Source: a virus
Lineage: Duplodnaviria; Caudoviricetes
Reading direction: 5' to 3' (one strand)
DNA: 64,000 nt
IMG/VR virus record: IMGVR_UViG_3300037067_009225
Span: 49,907-113,906 of that record
Under the pieces are notes generated by a model. It searched no databases and was not told the DNA's origin. It saw nothing but the letters and a program-made list of their open reading frames with translations. Both the position numbers and the translations under genes were made by a program. This document shows positions 9,534 to 18,854 of this stretch, piece by piece. Positions within the stretch are counted from its first letter, which is position 1; each line of letters begins with the position of its first letter.

Positions 9534-9927
9534 ATAATTTTTTAATTTTTTTAATTCTTTCAAAATTTTTTAAATACTCTTCATCGTCACTATTTGGATA
9601 TTTACTTTTTAAATATTTAACTAATAATTTTGTTGATACATATATAGGAAATAAAAATGGGAAAAAACACACTATAATTAAAAAATTATATTTAAAATGT
9701 CTTTTAAAACTATAAAGTATAAATATAGAAAGGTATACCCATAAATAAATAAATAAATAAAAATATTTAATTATATCATTATCAATTTGTATAATATTAT
9801 TCGGGGTGCTGAACAAAAAAATAACATAAATAACCATAAATATATAAATAAATTTACGATATTTATAAAATTTTCTTTCAACTTCACCACTAATATTCAA
9901 ATTTGGTATATTAAAAGGATCAAACAT
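9517..9927 (-). CDS. membrane protein with C-terminal RxxK motif, paralogue of 8674..9063
   Basis: Three hydrophobic segments; FFPFLFPIY...KYPNSDDE...NFERIKKIKKL. Confidence 0.6.
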   Translation of the reverse strand: MFDPFNIPNLNISGEVERKFYKYRKFIYIFMVIYVIFLFSTPNNIIQIDNDIIKYFYLFIYLWVYLSIFILYSFKRHFKYNFLIIVCFFPFLFPIYVSTKLLVKYLKSKYPNSDDEEYLKNFERIKKIKKLYDSHI

Positions 9928-10262
9928 TATAGTATATTTTTAATTTTTTTAATTCTAATATATTTATTATATTCTTCTTTTGAAAATATTTTATCACATT
10001 TTTTACATATATATGAATGATAAATTTTATCGTAATATATTTTATGATTAAAAATTTTACATCCTATGATTTTATTATATGGTTTTATAAAATTATCAAT
10101 AATGAAATAATATCTAACATCTTTATAAAAAAATATATTTTTCAATAAAGATAATACAGATATTAATTTAATTAAAGTCAAATTATTATAAAATAAAGAC
10201 AACTTATTATATGTTATTCTTGGATCACACCACCAATCATATATTGAAAAATTTTCTCTCAA
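9927..10262 (-). CDS. small Zn-finger protein (Cx4H...CxxC), tandem paralogue
   Basis: MRENFSIYDWW; CKIFNH...CKKC; ends YIRIKKIKNIL; TTG start overlaps the upstream TGA. Confidence 0.6.
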   Translation of the reverse strand: MRENFSIYDWWCDPRITYNKLSLFYNNLTLIKLISVLSLLKNIFFYKDVRYYFIIDNFIKPYNKIIGCKIFNHKIYYDKIYHSYICKKCDKIFSKEEYNKYIRIKKIKNIL

Positions 10263-10606
10263 AATAAACTTTTAATTTTTTTAATTCTAATATATTTATT
10301 ATAATTTTCTATTGTAATTTCTTTACCACATCTAAAACACTTATATGTGTAACTTATTTCATTAAATGTATATTTATGATTAAAAATTTTACATTTAAAA
10401 TTTAAAAAAGGTTGTTTAAAATTATCATATATAAATAATTCTCTTTCATAATTATATCTAATGACTTTTTTTAATAATTTTAAAACAGATGATAGTCTAA
10501 TAAAAAACACTTTTAATTTTATATTAGATTTATATTGTGTATGATCAATTGTATATAAGTATCTTGGGTGTTTCCACCAATTTAATATAGAAAAACTTTC
10601 TCTCAA
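10259..10606 (-). CDS. small Zn-finger protein, tandem paralogue
   Basis: MRESFSILNWW; CKIFNH...CFRC; ends YIRIKKIKSLF. Confidence 0.6.
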   Translation of the reverse strand: MRESFSILNWWKHPRYLYTIDHTQYKSNIKLKVFFIRLSSVLKLLKKVIRYNYERELFIYDNFKQPFLNFKCKIFNHKYTFNEISYTYKCFRCGKEITIENYNKYIRIKKIKSLF

Positions 10607-10944
10607 AATATACTTTTAATTTTTTTAATTCTAATGTAATTATTATAGGTTTCTCTTGATATTTCTTTATTACATCTAAAACATGTACACGTATTTGTAT
10701 CATCAAATATATATTCATGATGAGATAAATAACATCTTAATTTTTTAATAGGATAAATAAAATTATCTGTTATAAAATATTTTCTTTCATAATTACTTAT
10801 AATAACCTTTTTAAATAAATATAAAATTGATAATATTTTAATAAGATATTTATTTCGATATTTATATTTTCCTTCTTTTTTATTGAAATACATAATACAT
10901 TTTGGGTATCTCCACCAGTTTAATATAGAAAAACTTTCTCTCAT
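10603..10944 (-). CDS. small Zn-finger protein, tandem paralogue
   Basis: MRESFSILNWW; CYLSHH...CFRC; ends YIRIKKIKSIF. Confidence 0.6.
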   Translation of the reverse strand: MRESFSILNWWRYPKCIMYFNKKEGKYKYRNKYLIKILSILYLFKKVIISNYERKYFITDNFIYPIKKLRCYLSHHEYIFDDTNTCTCFRCNKEISRETYNNYIRIKKIKSIF

Positions 10945-11147
10945 AATATGTTTTTAATTTTTCTTTTTCTTATGTAAGATTTATATTCATCTTTTGTTAT
11001 TTTTTTATAACATTTGAAACATAAATAAAAAGGTTTTTCTAAATTTCCAACATTTTTATAATCATGTCCAAAAAAATAACATAAAATTTTATTAAGTTTT
11101 TTCCTTATTATAAAAATAATATTCAATCTGAAATTATTCATCATCAT
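10941..11147 (-). CDS. small Zn-finger protein (short paralogue)
   Basis: LCYFFGH...CFKC; ends YIRKRKIKNIL. Confidence 0.6.
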   Translation of the reverse strand: MMMNNFRLNIIFIIRKKLNKILCYFFGHDYKNVGNLEKPFYLCFKCYKKITKDEYKSYIRKRKIKNIL

Positions 11148-12096
11148 CTTCTGTCACATCATCTTCGGTTAAATAATGTATTAATGCTTCTCTCATGGTT
11201 TTTTTCCATTTATCTTTTGATATAAATAAAGTCATATTCATATCAATTGGATCATCTTGAAAAGATACATCTTGAAATGCATCAGCAGTTACAGCAAAGA
11301 AACCATTATCATCATATAAAATATTAGGTGCTTCACCAAGTTGTGTTAAACTCTCAATAATAAAATCAATAGGTAACATTTCTTTATTTTTAAGAATTAT
11401 ATTTCTAACTTCATTACCTAATGAATCTATTTCTTTTGGTTCTTCCATTTTATATTTATATGTATTTTCATCATATGATTCCTGATATAAATCATAAAAT
11501 TCTTTTCTTTTTTTAATTATAATATTTATTTCATTCATTACTAATGAAATATTATGAGCATCAATGAAATTAACTAAACCATCAAGTTCATTCCACATAT
11601 CTTTAAACCAATCTTTCTTTTTTAAGAAAAATCTGAATATTTGATATTCACTAACATACATATCATATTTATTTGAAGAAAGATTTTTATTTTTTTCTTG
11701 CAATGAAAATGTTATGTTAGCTAATCTATCACAAAGTTTAACAAAAATAGATTCATAAGTGGATGCAGTTTTAGGTAAAGTTTTAAGCATTTTTTCTTTT
11801 CTACTTTTACCAAATTCATCAGTAACATTAGCTACTATATCTGCAGATTTTAAACCAATTAATTTAACAACATCATTATATGAATGATGACCTTCTTCCA
11901 TTATATCATGAAACCATATGGCTTTTTCTACTTCTTCAATATTTTCTTTTTTAATATAGTGTTTATATTTTTCAAAAAAACTATGAACCATATTTAAATG
12001 TACAGAATAATCCATAGTTTCTGTTTCATTACCATAAACACTACCACATTCTTTGTGGATTTTAAATGCTAATAATCTTACTTCTTCTGTATTCAT
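11134..12096 (-). CDS. RelA/SpoT/MESH1-like HD-domain hydrolase with an extra C-terminal domain
   Basis: YSVHL, WFHDIMEE, VTDE and VKLCDRLAN match the HD_4 motif order. Confidence 0.7.
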   Translation of the reverse strand: MNTEEVRLLAFKIHKECGSVYGNETETMDYSVHLNMVHSFFEKYKHYIKKENIEEVEKAIWFHDIMEEGHHSYNDVVKLIGLKSADIVANVTDEFGKSRKEKMLKTLPKTASTYESIFVKLCDRLANITFSLQEKNKNLSSNKYDMYVSEYQIFRFFLKKKDWFKDMWNELDGLVNFIDAHNISLVMNEINIIIKKRKEFYDLYQESYDENTYKYKMEEPKEIDSLGNEVRNIILKNKEMLPIDFIIESLTQLGEAPNILYDDNGFFAVTADAFQDVSFQDDPIDMNMTLFISKDKWKKTMREALIHYLTEDDVTEDDDE

Positions 12097-12152
12097 ATAA
12101 TATTTTATTTAATATTTTAAATATAGCAAAAATATTTTAAAAACCAATAAAT

Positions 12153-12189
12153 AAAAGAAAAAACCACTAAATATTTAGTGGTAGTTCAT
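12153..12189 (-). terminator. intrinsic terminator hairpin (also resembles an IS200/IS605 right end)
   Basis: ACCACTAAA/TTTAGTGGT stem followed by a U-tract on the minus strand. Confidence 0.6.
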
Positions 12190-12419
12190 TATCTATATTT
12201 TTTAATTAATTTGAATATTTCTTTTAAGTCTGTAAAAACTAATTCTTGATTTTCTCTTATTGGATAAAAAGCTATGGTAAAACCATGTTCAGATTTAAAT
12301 TTTTCTGTAATTTTTTTATCATTAATATAATCAATATAAATCCAAGGAAAATTACTTGATAATTTTATATCTATATTGATTTTTTTTAATCTATTAACAA
12401 AAATATCTAATTTTTCCAT
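12189..12419 (-). CDS. hypothetical protein
   Basis: 76-aa ORF with NFPWIY motif, co-oriented with neighbours. Confidence 0.6.
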   Translation of the reverse strand: MEKLDIFVNRLKKINIDIKLSSNFPWIYIDYINDKKITEKFKSEHGFTIAFYPIRENQELVFTDLKEIFKLIKKYR

Positions 12420-12424
12420 AAATA

Positions 12425-13552
12425 TTATTTATTAAATTCATCTTTATCTGTACTTTTATACCAATTTGTAAAATATTTTTTATAAACTTCTTTCAAATCT
12501 TCTAATGTAATAGATTCAATATTATATTCTAAATTCCATTCATTTGGTGATATAAAATCTGACACATTACGATATCTATTTATTTCTCTTTTTTTAAATT
12601 TTGTTAAATACATATCTTTTATAAGATCAAAACGCTCTTTTGTTAAAAAAGTTTCTGGTTTATTTAAAAGATTATCAAGAGTTTCTTTAAACAAATTAAC
12701 ATTATTATTTGATGTTAATGATGATATATTAATAAAACCAGATGCATCACTTTTCTTATCAAGATAACAATGAACATAATAAACTAAACCACGTTTTTCT
12801 CTTAATTCAATATATAATGGGGATTTTAAACCAAGACCTAACATATCAGTTATAAAACTAACTGAAACAAAATCATTAGTAACAACATTTGATAAATATA
12901 TAATTGATGTTTTATCTTTAAATTCATTAGATTTTTGAAGTGTATAATCATTATCTTTTAAATAACGATATATTTTATTTAATTTTTCTGTTGGTTTTGA
13001 AAAATTAAGAACTTTTTCGTATTTAAAATCTTTTGATACATTTATAATCATAGTTGGATTTTTATATTGTATCTCAAAATAATCTAAACAATCTTGATAT
13101 GTTAATTTTTTCAAGTCACCTAATTCACCAATTGGGCCATATGTATTAAAAAGTTTTCTAAAAAGATTTTCACTATGACATTCTGTTTGTTCGTTGAATG
13201 AATTTTCATATTCTTCTATAACAATTTGTTTTTCATTTTTAAATTGTTCTTCTGTAACATTAAATTTACTCATTAAATCAACAACAACATCTCTATATTT
13301 AGAAAGTTTTTCTTCCAAACCTTGGAAATAAAAAACTACAACATCATCTGCTGTATAAGCGTTCCAATCTATACCATTCTGGTCAAATTCTTCTAATAAA
13401 TGATCAAAGTTCTTGCAGCAAAGATGTTCCATCAAATGGGAGATGCCCCTTATGCCAACTTTTTCATTTAAAACACTACCTTTATAAACTAAATAGAATC
13501 CAGATAATTCAGTTGGATTTTTTAAATTTAAAATTTTTTGATAATTATTCAT
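12425..13552 (-). CDS. M16-family (insulinase/MPP-like) zinc metallopeptidase
   Basis: Inverted zinc motif HLMEH, WNAYT, EKQIVIEE, ELREKRGLVY. Confidence 0.88.
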   Translation of the reverse strand: MNNYQKILNLKNPTELSGFYLVYKGSVLNEKVGIRGISHLMEHLCCKNFDHLLEEFDQNGIDWNAYTADDVVVFYFQGLEEKLSKYRDVVVDLMSKFNVTEEQFKNEKQIVIEEYENSFNEQTECHSENLFRKLFNTYGPIGELGDLKKLTYQDCLDYFEIQYKNPTMIINVSKDFKYEKVLNFSKPTEKLNKIYRYLKDNDYTLQKSNEFKDKTSIIYLSNVVTNDFVSVSFITDMLGLGLKSPLYIELREKRGLVYYVHCYLDKKSDASGFINISSLTSNNNVNLFKETLDNLLNKPETFLTKERFDLIKDMYLTKFKKREINRYRNVSDFISPNEWNLEYNIESITLEDLKEVYKKYFTNWYKSTDKDEFNK

Positions 13553-13599
13553 CTTTTTAATTATTTTTTGATATATATTATAAATATAGGTTATATATT

Positions 13600-14484
13600 A
13601 TGGAAAATCAAAAAAGTTTAATAATTTATTTTTCAATAGGTAATAATAGTGGTAAAAAATCAAGAGAATATTGGTTAAAAGAAAATAATTTTATTTTATA
13701 TTCAAAAATAATAAATTTTTGTTTAGAAAATAATTTAGATAATATATCATTTAAGCAAAAAATATATCATTTTGTTTATAATTTAAAAACAATACCAGTT
13801 TGTTTAACTTGCGGAAAAGAAGTTAAATATTTAAGATTTAAATCAGGTTATCAAAAACACTGTTGTGAATTTTGTGCTAATAACAGTAAAATAAGTAAAG
13901 AAAAATGGAAAAAATCTTATAATGAAAATAAACAAAACCATAATATTAAAAATAAAAGAGATGCTACGGTAATTAAAAAATATGGTGATGTTGAAACATA
14001 TCAAAAAATATTAAATGAAAAAAGAATTTCAAAAACATTAGAAAAATATAATTGTCAATATTATTTTCAAACTGATGAATTTAAAAAGAATAGGAAAAGT
14101 AAATTAAAAGAAAAATATAACGATGAAAATTATAATAATAAAGAAAAAACTAAAAACACAAGAATCAAAAATAAAACACAAATTAATGATGATGACATTG
14201 AATGTTATTTAAATTATAAAAAAATAGTCATTAAAACAACAATTAAAATTTATAAAAAATATAAAAACATTATCAACCCAAACAATTTAAAAAGAGGATT
14301 TAAATTTTACCATATAGATCATATATATTCAATAAAACAAGGTTTTATAAATAATATACCAATTGATATAATAACAAATCCAAACAATTTAAGAATGATT
14401 TGGTGGGAAGAAAATATTAAAAAACAAGATAGGTGTGATATAAAAATAGAAGAATTAGTAGAAAAAATAAATCATTCAAATTAA
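13600..14484 (+). CDS. putative free-standing HNH homing endonuclease
   Basis: CxxC...CCxxC Zn motif, KYG/KYN repeats, C-terminal HIDHIYSI...NPNNL...ENIKK; antisense to neighbours. Confidence 0.7.
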   Translation: MENQKSLIIYFSIGNNSGKKSREYWLKENNFILYSKIINFCLENNLDNISFKQKIYHFVYNLKTIPVCLTCGKEVKYLRFKSGYQKHCCEFCANNSKISKEKWKKSYNENKQNHNIKNKRDATVIKKYGDVETYQKILNEKRISKTLEKYNCQYYFQTDEFKKNRKSKLKEKYNDENYNNKEKTKNTRIKNKTQINDDDIECYLNYKKIVIKTTIKIYKKYKNIINPNNLKRGFKFYHIDHIYSIKQGFINNIPIDIITNPNNLRMIWWEENIKKQDRCDIKIEELVEKINHSN

Positions 14485-14766
14485 ATTTAATTTAACTTTT
14501 CTAATTTCTTTTAATTTTTCTGAATCATCCTTTTTATCCCACTCTATTAATTTAATAATAATAGTTGGAATTGTTATATTTAATGAATTTAAATAATCTT
14601 TAGATATTTCTTTTTTTAATTCAGTATCTTTATAAAAAGAAAGATTATAATCTACTAATATGTAAAATATTGGTAAATCTTTTATTTTAGTAAGAACTAA
14701 AAAAATTATAGTCCTTTCTGTTTTTGATTTATAATTTAAATTTACAATGGTAAATATATTATTCAT
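14476..14766 (-). CDS. hypothetical protein with C-terminal RxxK motif
   Basis: Ends EIRKVKLNLI. Confidence 0.55.
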   Translation of the reverse strand: MNNIFTIVNLNYKSKTERTIIFLVLTKIKDLPIFYILVDYNLSFYKDTELKKEISKDYLNSLNITIPTIIIKLIEWDKKDDSEKLKEIRKVKLNLI

Positions 14767-14772
14767 ATTTTT

Positions 14773-15045
14773 TCAATCTAAATCAATTGATTCTAAATAT
14801 TCATCTTCCGTAGCTTCTCTCCAAGTAACAATAAAAAATCTTTCTGTTTGATTATCAACATGAACAACATAGTGAAATGTGTAATATTTTCTATCGTTTG
14901 CTGGATAAATAGCATAATCAGTAAATATAATTATTCTTCCATCTTCTATATTATTATCACTTCTTATTTCAACACATCTTTCATGAATATTTAATGACAT
15001 TTGCATTATAATTTCAGATAAATCAGAATTTTCTAAATTGCTCAT
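14773..15045 (-). CDS. hypothetical protein
   Basis: 90-aa ORF; TTTTTAATATATAAAA motif upstream. Confidence 0.55.
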   Translation of the reverse strand: MSNLENSDLSEIIMQMSLNIHERCVEIRSDNNIEDGRIIIFTDYAIYPANDRKYYTFHYVVHVDNQTERFFIVTWREATEDEYLESIDLD

Positions 15046-15119
15046 ACATTTTTAATTATTTTTTATTTAAATTTATATTTTTTATATATTAAAAAAATAT
15101 GAGTTTAAATAAAAAATAA

Positions 15120-15710
15120 TTAATAAAAAATATTATCCATTTTTATTTTTCTTGTTTTTTTTGCCATATTTTTTAAATCTTGTTCATTTAAAAAATTAAT
15201 AGTTAAATTGATGTTATTATCTTTAAATATATTTTTTATTTCTAAACCATATTCATTATTATCTAATAAAATAATTTTTGTTTTTTTATATTTTTGTTCA
15301 TTATAAGAACAATATTGAAAAATAAAATTTCTAAAATGTTTATTATTTTCAAAAAAATATTTAATATCATCTATTATAATAATATTATATAATTTAGAAA
15401 TTATATTGTATTCACTAATATAACTTCTTTCATTTATTGTTGAACCATTTTTTAATTTAAAAAAATTTATTTTTTTATCATATTCTGGATAATTTTTTAT
15501 AATTAAATCAATAACATAAAGCCAACTTAGGTTACGTTTTGTAGTTGTGAAATATACACCATGATATGATTCATTATTTATACAACTTTCCATTAAAAAA
15601 TATTTCAATATAGTTGAAGAACCACAATTATTCGGTCGTATTAATAATATATTATCATTATTTTTTAATATATTAAGTGTATATTCAAAATGATTTTTAT
15701 AATCAATCAT
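15120..15710 (-). CDS. degenerate terminase-ATPase-like P-loop protein with C-terminal RxxK motif
   Basis: ILLIRPNNCGSSTIL (Walker A-like, no Lys), FKLKNGSTI, IIIIDDIKYF (Walker B-like); ends TRKIKMDNIFY. Confidence 0.5.
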   Translation of the reverse strand: MIDYKNHFEYTLNILKNNDNILLIRPNNCGSSTILKYFLMESCINNESYHGVYFTTTKRNLSWLYVIDLIIKNYPEYDKKINFFKLKNGSTINERSYISEYNIISKLYNIIIIDDIKYFFENNKHFRNFIFQYCSYNEQKYKKTKIILLDNNEYGLEIKNIFKDNNINLTINFLNEQDLKNMAKKTRKIKMDNIFY

Positions 15711-15711
15711 A

Positions 15712-16362
15712 TTATAGAATTTCTTGAATTTTTAATTGTCTAATATATTTTTTATAAATTGAGTCATTTAATAATTCTGTCGCATTATTTTCTAATAAAA
15801 AATTGTGTAATGTAATAAAATTATTCTGAATCATATATTTTTGAAAATAATCATTAAAAATACCTTTTATATTATTATCAAAAATATAATTTACATATTC
15901 TATTTTATTTATAGTTTTTTCATATTTAGTTTCACGAAAAATACTATAAGTATGATAATCATTAATATAAAATTTTCTAAAATTAAAATTTAATATGTTA
16001 TTATAATTTAAATCATATTCATCAACTAACTTATAATAAAAATCATTACTAATTTGAGTAATTTTAATTTCATCATTTATATAAATAAAAGCAAAACGTG
16101 TATCAAAAAATTTTAATGGATAATTATTTGTTTTTAAATTATAGATTTTTATTTTTTTATAGAGTCTTTGGTCAAAAGATAAATTATTAAAAAAATAATT
16201 ACCATTAAAATATAAACCATCTATACAAATTGAATGGTTTTCTGATATTTTTTCTATAACAGTATCAAATCTATAGTTATTTGTAAATATATAAGGATTG
16301 GGTAAAAAAATAATTTTATCACCTTTTTTTAATTCATAATATAATTCACTAAAAACGTTCAT
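15712..16362 (-). CDS. hypothetical protein with C-terminal RxxK motif; distant paralogue of 17613..18263
   Basis: LKKGDKIIFLPNPY start; ends YIRQLKIQEIL. Confidence 0.55.
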   Translation of the reverse strand: MNVFSELYYELKKGDKIIFLPNPYIFTNNYRFDTVIEKISENHSICIDGLYFNGNYFFNNLSFDQRLYKKIKIYNLKTNNYPLKFFDTRFAFIYINDEIKITQISNDFYYKLVDEYDLNYNNILNFNFRKFYINDYHTYSIFRETKYEKTINKIEYVNYIFDNNIKGIFNDYFQKYMIQNNFITLHNFLLENNATELLNDSIYKKYIRQLKIQEIL

Positions 16363-17006
16363 ATCACTTTAATAAATCTTAAAAATCTACGATACCATTT
16401 CATATCTTTTTTAAACATTTTTAAAAAATTTTTTATTTTTTCATCATGATTAAATGCAAAACTATATTCCATAAAGATTTTGTTTATATTAGCCCAAAAT
16501 GTATATTCTACTTCATCTTTTTCTGTATATTTCAAAGTTAATGTTGGTAATTTTTCTTTTCTTTTTGTTTTAAAAACTATACCATAATAAAGAGTGACAT
16601 TTTGTCTATTAGATTTAACATCAGTTTGAACAAAATATGGTTCTTTTGTATAATCTTTTATTATATTTTTCTTAGTTATATCAGGAACAAAGAAACCACT
16701 TTCTTCATAAACTTCACGAACAAAACATTCATAACCAGACTCATCATAATCGAGATATCCGCAAGGTAAATTCCAATAACCTTGAAAATCAGCAGCACCT
16801 TTACCTCTTTTACCAAGTAAAATATAATATTCACCTTTATGTTTTGTTATAACAACACCAGCAGTCGCAACTGATCTTGATATCCAATATTCTTTATCTT
16901 CTGACATAATACATTTATTATGTGTATTATTAAATATTATGTTTTCTATTTTTTCTTCAGAACCATCTAATTGTGAAATATTCACTTTAATTTGTTTTGT
17001 TATCAT
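16359..17006 (-). CDS. NUDIX hydrolase
   Basis: WNLPCGYLDYDESGYECFVREVYEESG Nudix box; AFNH. Confidence 0.9.
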   Translation of the reverse strand: MITKQIKVNISQLDGSEEKIENIIFNNTHNKCIMSEDKEYWISRSVATAGVVITKHKGEYYILLGKRGKGAADFQGYWNLPCGYLDYDESGYECFVREVYEESGFFVPDITKKNIIKDYTKEPYFVQTDVKSNRQNVTLYYGIVFKTKRKEKLPTLTLKYTEKDEVEYTFWANINKIFMEYSFAFNHDEKIKNFLKMFKKDMKWYRRFLRFIKVI

Positions 17007-17611
17007 ATGTTTCGTAATTTTTTTTCAAGTTTAATTTTTAAAGGAAAATATTTCTTTTTATAGTAATAATAATCATCTTCTTCTGTATCTTTAATTTCAT
17101 CCCAAATATAATTCATAGATGAATAATCAATAATTTTGTTATTTTCACAAATTTGAATAGCAAAATCTAAAATTCTTAATCCATGATATATTGATTTCAA
17201 ACCTCTATATTGATCACCTTCTTCAAAACGACTTTTTGCTCTTTTCCATGCAGTAAAAGATTCACCATAAGACCTATTTTTTATTATGTTTTTATTGAAT
17301 TTAAAATTTTTTAGATAATCAATTTTTTCTAATAATTTAAATTCATTTGGTACAAAAACACATTCCAATGGTTGAATTTCATGATTTTCTAAACGTTTTT
17401 TAAAAATATCAGGTGTTATGACATGAACATTCATTAAATCATGTTCAGGTTTTAATTCTGTATGTTCTTGCATTGTAGAAGCAACAACAATATAATCCCA
17501 ATCTGAATAATCTTCAAATGTTCCATATACTCTTGAACCAAAACAATAAATATTTTTTATTCGTAATGGGTGAATATTAGTTTTCTTAATTATATCGTCT
17601 ATTGTATACAT
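17003..17611 (-). CDS. Pol-beta-superfamily nucleotidyltransferase
   Basis: FGSRVYGT...SDWDYIVV (GS-DxD). Confidence 0.8.
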   Translation of the reverse strand: MYTIDDIIKKTNIHPLRIKNIYCFGSRVYGTFEDYSDWDYIVVASTMQEHTELKPEHDLMNVHVITPDIFKKRLENHEIQPLECVFVPNEFKLLEKIDYLKNFKFNKNIIKNRSYGESFTAWKRAKSRFEEGDQYRGLKSIYHGLRILDFAIQICENNKIIDYSSMNYIWDEIKDTEEDDYYYYKKKYFPLKIKLEKKLRNI

Positions 17612-17612
17612 A

Positions 17613-18263
17613 TTATTTGATAATTTCTTTTAATTTTTTAAAACGTATATATTGTTTCATTTCGTTTGTGTTTAATATGTCATTAAAATTATTTTTAATT
17701 GAATCTTTATATATTATATCCATATTATTAGCAACTAATATATTATTTATTCTATTCAAAAATAAAGATTCCAAATTTATTTCTTTAATTTTTTTTAAAT
17801 ATTCATCTATATTTAAAAATGGGAAATTATATAATTCTTCTGTAAAATATGATTTATCGTAATTTGGTAAAGGATGATTATTATAAGTTTCCATCATTTT
17901 AATTTTTATATGTAACTTATTAATTTTATCGCCATGTGTAAAACTTCTAATTATTTCAGAATATTTCAAATCAATTAAATTTTTAATTTTAACACCAAAT
18001 CTTGTTATACCAATTTCATCATTATTATAATCAAATGAATAAAATCTAGTTATGCTTTTATAGTGTTTTCTTAATAATTGTGATAAATTATCGTTATTTG
18101 TACTAATAATATATTTATTATTTATATAATATTCGTATGTTAATATAAATAATTCGTTAGAATTACGTAATATATTAGTGTTTTTATTATAAAAAAATGG
18201 ATTTGGTAAAATTAAAAATTCATCACCATCATTTAATTTATTATGTACACTATGATTATTCAT
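17613..18263 (-). CDS. hypothetical protein with C-terminal RxxK motif
   Basis: LNDGDEFLILPNPF start; ends YIRFKKLKEIIK. Confidence 0.55.
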   Translation of the reverse strand: MNNHSVHNKLNDGDEFLILPNPFFYNKNTNILRNSNELFILTYEYYINNKYIISTNNDNLSQLLRKHYKSITRFYSFDYNNDEIGITRFGVKIKNLIDLKYSEIIRSFTHGDKINKLHIKIKMMETYNNHPLPNYDKSYFTEELYNFPFLNIDEYLKKIKEINLESLFLNRINNILVANNMDIIYKDSIKNNFNDILNTNEMKQYIRFKKLKEIIK

Positions 18264-18540
18264 ATTTAAAATTTCCTGTTTCTAAATGTCTTATTATTTC
18301 TTTATTTACTTTTTCTGCTATTGTTAACATATCTTTTTTATCGGGAAATTCTTTTCTTAAAACATTCCATATTGTATCTTTAGTACCACCTATACTTCTA
18401 TAAAGTAAAGATTGATATTTAGATAATTCTTCACTTTCTGGTGTTATAGGAAGTCCTCTTTGTTCACGACATCTTGAACAATTACATTTATTTCCAAGAT
18501 AACCACTTATACAATATTCTGAAAATGTCATTTTTATCAT
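18256..18540 (-). CDS. hypothetical Cys-containing protein
   Basis: C...CNCSRC cluster. Confidence 0.55.
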   Translation of the reverse strand: MIKMTFSEYCISGYLGNKCNCSRCREQRGLPITPESEELSKYQSLLYRSIGGTKDTIWNVLRKEFPDKKDMLTIAEKVNKEIIRHLETGNFKYE

Positions 18541-18569
18541 CTTATTTTTATGTTTAATAAATATAGTAA

Positions 18570-18854
18570 TTATTTTTCATCTTTGAAAATTTTTTCAATT
18601 TTTTCTTTTCTTATTTGAGATATACCCTTAAATGTATAATTGAATGGATCATTTTGTCCACCAATAGTTCTTTTTGTTAATAAACTATCACAATTTTCAC
18701 AATATATTTCACAATCCCACGCTGAATGTGGCATTTCTCCATCATTAACAATTTTACCACATTCTTCACAACACCAAATAACATTTTTTAATGTTATTGC
18801 TGTATCCCACCTTTTTCTATTATCTAATTTTTTAAATTCTTCTGGTGTAATCAT
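18570..18854 (-). CDS. Zn-ribbon protein with C-terminal RxxK motif
   Basis: CEECG...CENCD; ends IRKEKIEKIFKDEK. Confidence 0.6.
   Translation of the reverse strand: MITPEEFKKLDNRKRWDTAITLKNVIWCCEECGKIVNDGEMPHSAWDCEIYCENCDSLLTKRTIGGQNDPFNYTFKGISQIRKEKIEKIFKDEK

Noticed and set aside
17003-17040. RxxK tag on the nucleotidyltransferase (LKIKLEKKL)
   Set aside because: It lacks the invariant Arg and the spacing of the last hydrophobic residue; not counted
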